Positions 58,001 to 64,000 of a stretch of 64,000 nt of DNA are shown here, piece by piece; position 1 is the stretch's first letter; each line of letters starts with the position of its first letter. The DNA comes from Zygnema circumcarinatum SAG 698-1b (lineage: Eukaryota; Plantae; Zygnematophyceae): assembly GCA_037447605.1 (NCBI GenBank), contig CM074808.1:1054001-1118000 (forward strand), written 5' to 3'. The translations under genes and the position numbers were made by a program. The notes beneath the pieces were generated by a model. The model saw only the letters and a program-made list of their open reading frames with translations, did no database searches and had not been told where the DNA came from.

Positions 58001-58889
58001 CACGAGTATCAGTTAGCCGGACATCACCCGCAGTCTCCTGGGCAATAATGCCAGCAGCTGCGACAAGGGAGTCGGTAAGAGTTGATTTGCCTGAGCCACA
58101 GCCAGATCCACCGAGCCATTCGGGTTAATGTGAGGCCATGCAATCAGTTAATAAAACCCAACAAAAAACAAACACTAACGATCAACTTCAGATCAATAAT
58201 TGATTGAAGCAATTGCAACAATGCAAGCTCTTCTGGTAGCAAGAAGGAATCACATTCCGCCGAAAAGACTCTCGACAGGCCTAGCCATTCTCCCTTCTAA
58301 AAAGAAGGCAATGATCACCCACAAGCTTATCAGAAGTAACTAGTATCTTCTAATTCTGTGAATTAAAACCTGTTAAAAACCCTAGTCTTGGGTATCTGTG
58401 TTCAGCAAATACAAACTGAGGAAAAACTTTACCGTGGTCGACATGTGCAATCACGGACATATTTCTGATGTTGTGCTTCTTGTCCATGATAGCCCGCAAC
58501 TCGTCAGTCGTAAACTTCACCTGTACCAGCAAGTAACGAAAGTGCGTCAGACGACGGGCAAACGTGATAGGAGCCATTTCGGCCAAAGAAATAGTGCAAA
58601 GGATATGACTCCAGCTCTCGCATCATAAGCAGCACGCCCTGCTTCCATCGATTGTGCATCATGCAAAACAGAGCACCCTTCTCTAGGTCTCGCTCTTGAA
58701 CCAAGACTAAAAGACTATACAAAAGTGCAGCTTTCTGCAGAAACTGCTGCTTTCAGAAAAGCGTCCTGCCGCTATCCAACAAAAGAGGGCCGCCAAAATT
58801 AGGGCATCCGCTCATCCCAGACCAACAAACGAGGCAAAAAAGCCAAAAGCAGCCCAAAACTGGCAGCCGCCAGCAGGCCCACTGACCAT
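55040..58889 (-). CDS. EEF2: Translation elongation factor 2, 5 exons, 843 aa
   Basis: Exons 58889-58887 (ATG only), 58520-58433, 58090-57654, 57333-56224, 55933-55040 total 2532 nt. Motifs [47 protein letters not shown], diphthamide loop [11 protein letters not shown]. Confidence 0.98.
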
Positions 58890-59061
58890 GGCTGCGGTCT
58901 TCAGTCACTCCGCCGCCAAGGCCCGTCTGAGAGAGAGAGGAAGGGGAGGCCAAGCTCCGAGGCGGCTTCAACAGCCGCTGCAGAGGAGAGAGGGTGAGAG
59001 GGAGCGAGGTGGGCGAGGGAAACGGCTGAGCTCGAAAACCCGCCTGAACCCTCCCTTCCAA

Positions 59062-59071
59062 GCTATATATT
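59062..59071 (-). promoter_or_regulatory. TATA-like box upstream of the pyrimidine-rich eEF2 leader
   Basis: Minus-strand AATATATAGC lies upstream of a C/T-rich 5' UTR. Confidence 0.5.
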
Positions 59072-60261
59072 AATTAGAAACAATACATTACATTCTATCT
59101 TAACATGAAAATACAGAGTTTCAATATATTGGATCTATGTTCCCTTGCAAGAGGCATCGTTTTTATCCAAGCGGCGGTGCTGTTCGTTCCGCGGAATCTT
59201 TGAAAAATCTGCGCGGAGCCGTCCGATCGCAGATCGACCGCCCGGGCGGCCCTCGGCCTCAGGACAAAGAAAGTCGGCCCGTGCTCGGTGTCGCTGTCGA
59301 GCGTCGCGCAGAACTAGTAATAGGTTCTATGTGGTGCCGCAGGTCACCTGAATGTCACGTGAATTTCACATGTAACGGTAAGGCGTTATCACGCTTTACG
59401 GAACAGCGTTGGCAGCCAGCCCCTAAACAAATGACCAGGGTTGGCCATACTAGTGGCTTCACTAAGAACTGCCTTGGCTTAAAATTCGCATCGGGTAGAA
59501 AACTACGGGCCTAGTCAAGTCCGTACTGATTATGACTTGGCTTAATGTGTGCCGCCATTGGAGATGGTTTCAGCCATTTTGACATAGCATGAAAACTTTG
59601 TTGAAATACTTGCGATGGTCCAGCCATGATAGTCTAGAAGGCAGAAAGCACAATTCATGGGACAAAAGGGCGTGTACAACGCCTTGAATGAACGAAAGAA
59701 ACGAGGAGCCTAAGAACCAAAACCTACAGATCGGAAACAAAAACAAGCCAAAACTAGACCGAACAAAACAATGTTGATTTAAGGCAAACAAGACGAAGCG
59801 AAACGAAATGGAAACCAAGCCTACTAACGACCGTGAAGGCTGGCAAATGAATTGAACCGGACCCCCCATCAGATTTTGAAAAGCTGTTAGTCACTGGTCG
59901 CCTTTGTCGTTGATTTTATCGATATCATATAGGCGGTGTGCATTGTCTGGGTTAGACAGTAAAGTTTCAGGTATTTTTCCCAACCTCACTAATCAACCCC
60001 CCCCCCCCCCCAAACTACAATCCTAGGTTTGCCAGTGAAAGGAATGGGGGTACCGATGGAAAGCAGGGCGCCGACCGCGAGCAATTGCATAGTCGAAGCC
60101 GACGCACAGCGGAGGGCATAGAAAGACGCTACCAAGAGAACATGGGCATAGACGGTGGACGACACCAAGAATCACTAAAAACAACCGCGAAGGGAGTGCA
60201 ATAAGTCCCATAACGTTCGGATCGTCGTAATGTAAGTCTGCAGTCGCATGTCACACGCTTC

Positions 60262-60456
60262 ACCTGAACTTGTCACTTCGGGTATGGCCACTCGGGTCCG
60301 GCAAGGTACTTTCGGGGTAGGACGTTCGTTAATCCAAAGCGTGCAGAGCGCGAGGTAGTAACTACGCAGGGTGGAAAGGACTCGCCCTAGTTAACCACTG
60401 TCATGTCACCACTTGGTTGCGTCACGACAGCGGCCATCCCTGTTTCAATTGGTTTT
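60262..60456 (+). ncRNA. Candidate structured ncRNA of unknown class behind a USE-like promoter
   Basis: GTCCCATAACG at 60205-60215 (9/11 to plant USE GTCCCACATCG), AT-rich TAATGTAAG at 60228-60236, multiple nested helices with G-U pairs, and first T4 run at 60453-60456. No recognisable match to U1-U6, U3, SRP, MRP or telomerase RNA by eye. Confidence 0.35.
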
Positions 60457-61133
60457 CTTCGTACTTAACGGAAACAAAGTCACTCTTCAAGGCTTATAAT
60501 TCAATTTTTCACAAACTAAACCAAGGTGAGTTGTATCGGCAACTGAAGGGCACCCTCACTGCCAAACGTATTTGTCACATTAGATATTTGTCACTCGTAG
60601 ACATGCGATTCAATTAGCCAGTCAATATTTGGCCCAGTCATAATGACTGAACTCACTACGGGTTGGGACTATGCTGATGGGTCACTCGCAGCACAACAGG
60701 CAATGGGTTTCAAAACAAAGCTTCTTGCCACTTAGCTGCTACGTCCAGATCACAATCGATAAGACAGAACACTCAGTGCCAACATACGGCCGGCCAGCCG
60801 GCCGGCTCGAGTATGCAGGGACAAGTTCACAAGGGTCCTTCTGCTAGCATGACGTCACCGATTCGGAGAAGCAAAAATACTCTTGGCTTTGGCAGGCCTA
60901 TCCAAATGCTACATTCAGATTTCCAAGCATTAGTCTACATTAGCCAGCTGAAGAGGTGACCGATTACCTTATTCGAGGCAACATTCAGCTAACAAATACC
61001 CCGTGAAGATTAACCCTCTTGAGGATAAATCATAACTGAAGAGAGGAGTCAGGAGTTACCTTTGCACCTCTACTAGTATCGCAACTCATTTGCGATAGTA
61101 GTTTAATCCTTCGTTAGACTGAGTCAGCCAGCC

Positions 61134-63913
61134 TTACAGGATGCCCGTGCCAGATACTCCAAAGCTTTTCACTTCCACAATTTTGATAACAGAAGCGGCT
61201 CCAATGCGATGCAACGCAACAACGGAATCTCCATCTTTGCACAGTCCACGTTCCTTCGCTGCCTCCAAAGCAGAGATCAGAATCTCGTCAGTGGCATCTG
61301 TGTCACCGGCTTTAGCGGAACCCTCTGCTAGCAGAGGGATGAGCCCACGGCAGATGAGGGCATGACGTGCAGGAGATTCCTCACTGCAATTCCATGTCAA
61401 GCTATCAGTTGTTAATATTGGGACAGCAACAGACAATATGGGGATGGACGGTCGGTATTTTGCAACCAGCTTGGCAGTCGAACCACCACGAGTCAGCACG
61501 ATAATAAGAGTCGCCCTGACCTGAGAAATGCCAACAGAACATAGAGTCATCAATCTGAAAATTAGTCATAGTCGAAGTACAGAAAGTGGCAGGAATGACA
61601 ACATAATGAGAAATAACACACCGGGAAGTATGTAACGTGGGCTTCCAAGCAAGCGTACTAGTGTGAAACTCCTGAAAATCACCCTGCAACGTATGACTAG
61701 GATTTTGAATGGATTGGCCCCCAAAGTTTGGCCTTACTACTAGTTCCAACATAGGAAAGACAATCAGAGGCAAGTTAGAACCCCAGTTCTCCATAAAGAT
61801 GCACTGCTGACCTTGTTGGCTGTTCTGACTGCGGATGATGCAAGACTTTCCAGAGGACTCATGGGCAGCGAAACCTGCTTCATAATAGTTTTGAAGATGG
61901 ATGCATAGTCCAGGGATGCTTCAGCTTCACGGCAGATATGCGACATAACAGTCACCGCTTCCACAGGATAGGCGCCGGCTGCTGTCTCCCCTGACAGCAT
62001 AACACAGTCAGTTCCATCAAGTACAGCATTTGCAACATCAGTGGCCTCTGCGCGAGTCGGGCGAGGTGACTTGATCATAGACTCCAACATCTGTGTGGCA
62101 GTAACCACCGGCTTTCCTGCAAAAGAGGTCAATAAGCTGTCAGATGTCCAGATGTGGCTGAGCAAACAGTGCCGATTTTGACATTTTGCTGAAGGACTTG
62201 AAAGCGAAAGTTCAATAAAGCTTAGAGTCTCCCATACCTGCAGAATTGCACTTGTGAATCATCATCTTCTGGGCCAAGAAAATCTTTTCTGTTGGAATCT
62301 CCATTCCCAAATCGCCGCGAGCAACCATGATGCCATCAGACTCACGCAAAATGTCATCAAAGTTAACTAAACCCTCCTGGTTTTCTACCTGCGACAAGGT
62401 CATACAAACATATGCACAATCCAGATTCAGTGATATGGACACAAAGTGGGTAGATTGCGTCGACTGTCTCGTGTCTCTGACATGATTGAACGCTCAGAAG
62501 AACAAAGGGAGATTACGTATAATGGACCCAGGTGACGACTCAAACTTGACAACGATAAGTATCAGGCGATTCTACTGAAAATAGCTATTAGCAGAATATT
62601 GCAGGTGAGTACATATGTTGAAGAAAGCGTGAGTGCGTACAGCAAGAAAACAACAACATCACTAAGAGCAAGATACTCAGAGGAACTTAGTACATAACAA
62701 CAACTCGCAGCTAAATAGAGTACCAGACAATTGCTGAGTAAGTTCACTGTCATCCAAAGAAGTGAAGTTGTCCAAAATCTAAAACTTCCAAATGCAAGTG
62801 AGCAACGTCAGAAGAACTAGAGGCATAGTTTGCATAGTAAAAGGGCCTCCACTATTAACGTGCATCCCTCCAGACCATCTTCGATCAGGAATCTCACAAT
62901 AGACAGTTTAAGTGTGGTAAGACATGACATTTTCAGACTTATTTCTACTCACTGGAGCCTTACCTTTGATATGATCTGGATCGTTTTTGCATGGGGGCCC
63001 AGCAACTCCCGAATATTTGTGAGGTCAGAGCCCTTTCGCACAAAAGATGCAGCAATAAAATCGATTTTATTTGGCACTCCCCAGTCCAAAATGTCCGACT
63101 TGTCCTTCTCGGTTATGGTTGGCAGGTCTACAACCACACCAGGCAGGTTCACGTTCTTGCGCTCCCCCAGCATCGCTGTATTTTCACAGCGGCACTTCAC
63201 CATGCTGCTCTCAGACATCCAGAAATTACACAAACGCCTGTCGGTTATGTCAGGAGCAGATCATTCAAAGGATCACTGTGCCAGTCGTCCATACTAACAT
63301 GTTGAAAATAGCTGTATTGTTCATGCAACTAGCATGATTAAATGACTTTCTAAAAGAGCTGGCTGAGTACTCCCAGAACCCAAACTATTAAGGGTCTCAA
63401 AAAACCTCTCAAGTGGGAAAAATACAAAAAAGTAAAAACAGTGCTTCCGGAAAAGACGAATGCAAAAACCTGCCAAAATTGCAGAAGACTCGCAAACACC
63501 CGATGAGTTATCTGTGATCTATAGCACATTATGACCTAAACGGAACACTTAGTCCTGCAGTCAGTCCTGTCCCTGTCCTTTTGTCATGAAAACCCAGTGA
63601 AGACCAACATGCTGCCTCAAGTCTGGTCTTTGAACCATACTGCTATCAGCCTGCTCAATAAATCTTCATAAGTTTGATGCCAGAATTCTCACCCTTTCTC
63701 TGGGTGGCAGGACAGAACGTTGAGTGTGATGCTTCCATCTGCACAAAGAATGCTCATTCCCGGTTTAACGTGTTCCGCCAGTTTCGGATAACTCATGCAG
63801 ATCGTCTCCGTGTCTCCTATAAGGTTGTAATCTGTACTGATATTGATTTCCATGCCAGCCTTCAATAGAATCGGCCGTCCATCTTTCAGCATGCCCGTTC
63901 GAATCTCAGGACC
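61134..63913 (-). CDS. PK: Pyruvate kinase, cytosolic type, 5'-partial
   Basis: Exons 63913-63693, 63204-62964, 62388-62238, 62116-61812, 61520-61134. Motifs [73 protein letters not shown]. Upstream exons lie beyond the window. Confidence 0.96.
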
Positions 63914-64000
63914 CTGACCATGCAACAATGCAAAACTATGTTAAGACGAGTAGCTCTGGAAACAGGAAAAAGCACAGCCTATGGCCATCAGCCATGGGCT

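Overview
Eukaryotic, intron-rich nuclear DNA from a green plant. Protein similarity and intron positions are streptophyte-like; the compact, GC-rich, GA-microsatellite-rich style suggests a streptophyte alga, possibly Zygnematophyceae (inference only). Genes supported by hand-spliced ORFs, in order: a partial unknown protein with a W-x-P-x-L-x-x-V-x-E motif (+); RPL8/uL2 (-); a second unknown protein with the same motif (+); RAF1 (-) head-to-head with methylmalonate-semialdehyde dehydrogenase ALDH6 (+); a small secreted Cys-rich LysM protein (-); SNM1/PSO2 nuclease (-) head-to-head with SnRK1 alpha (+); a repeat-expanded SEC16 of ~2700 aa (+); LEO1/VIP4 (+); eEF2 (-); and a 5'-partial cytosolic pyruvate kinase (-). 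Non-coding content: four non-autonomous TIR transposon families, including a nest at 35.7-37.5 kb with readable 8-bp TSDs; a 1.56-kb gap-flanked duplication that is probably an assembly artefact; and GC-rich islands dense in G-box and GTAC motifs. The best novelty candidates are (i) an unassigned, highly structured ~195-nt RNA at 60262-60456 behind a USE-like snRNA-type promoter with a T4 terminator, (ii) a pair of disordered proteins with PP2A-B56-type LxxIxE docking motifs flanking RPL8, (iii) the stand-alone fungal-type LysM gene with a GTAC/W-box-rich promoter, and (iv) the motif arrays in SEC16. All folding, splicing and motif calls were made by eye.
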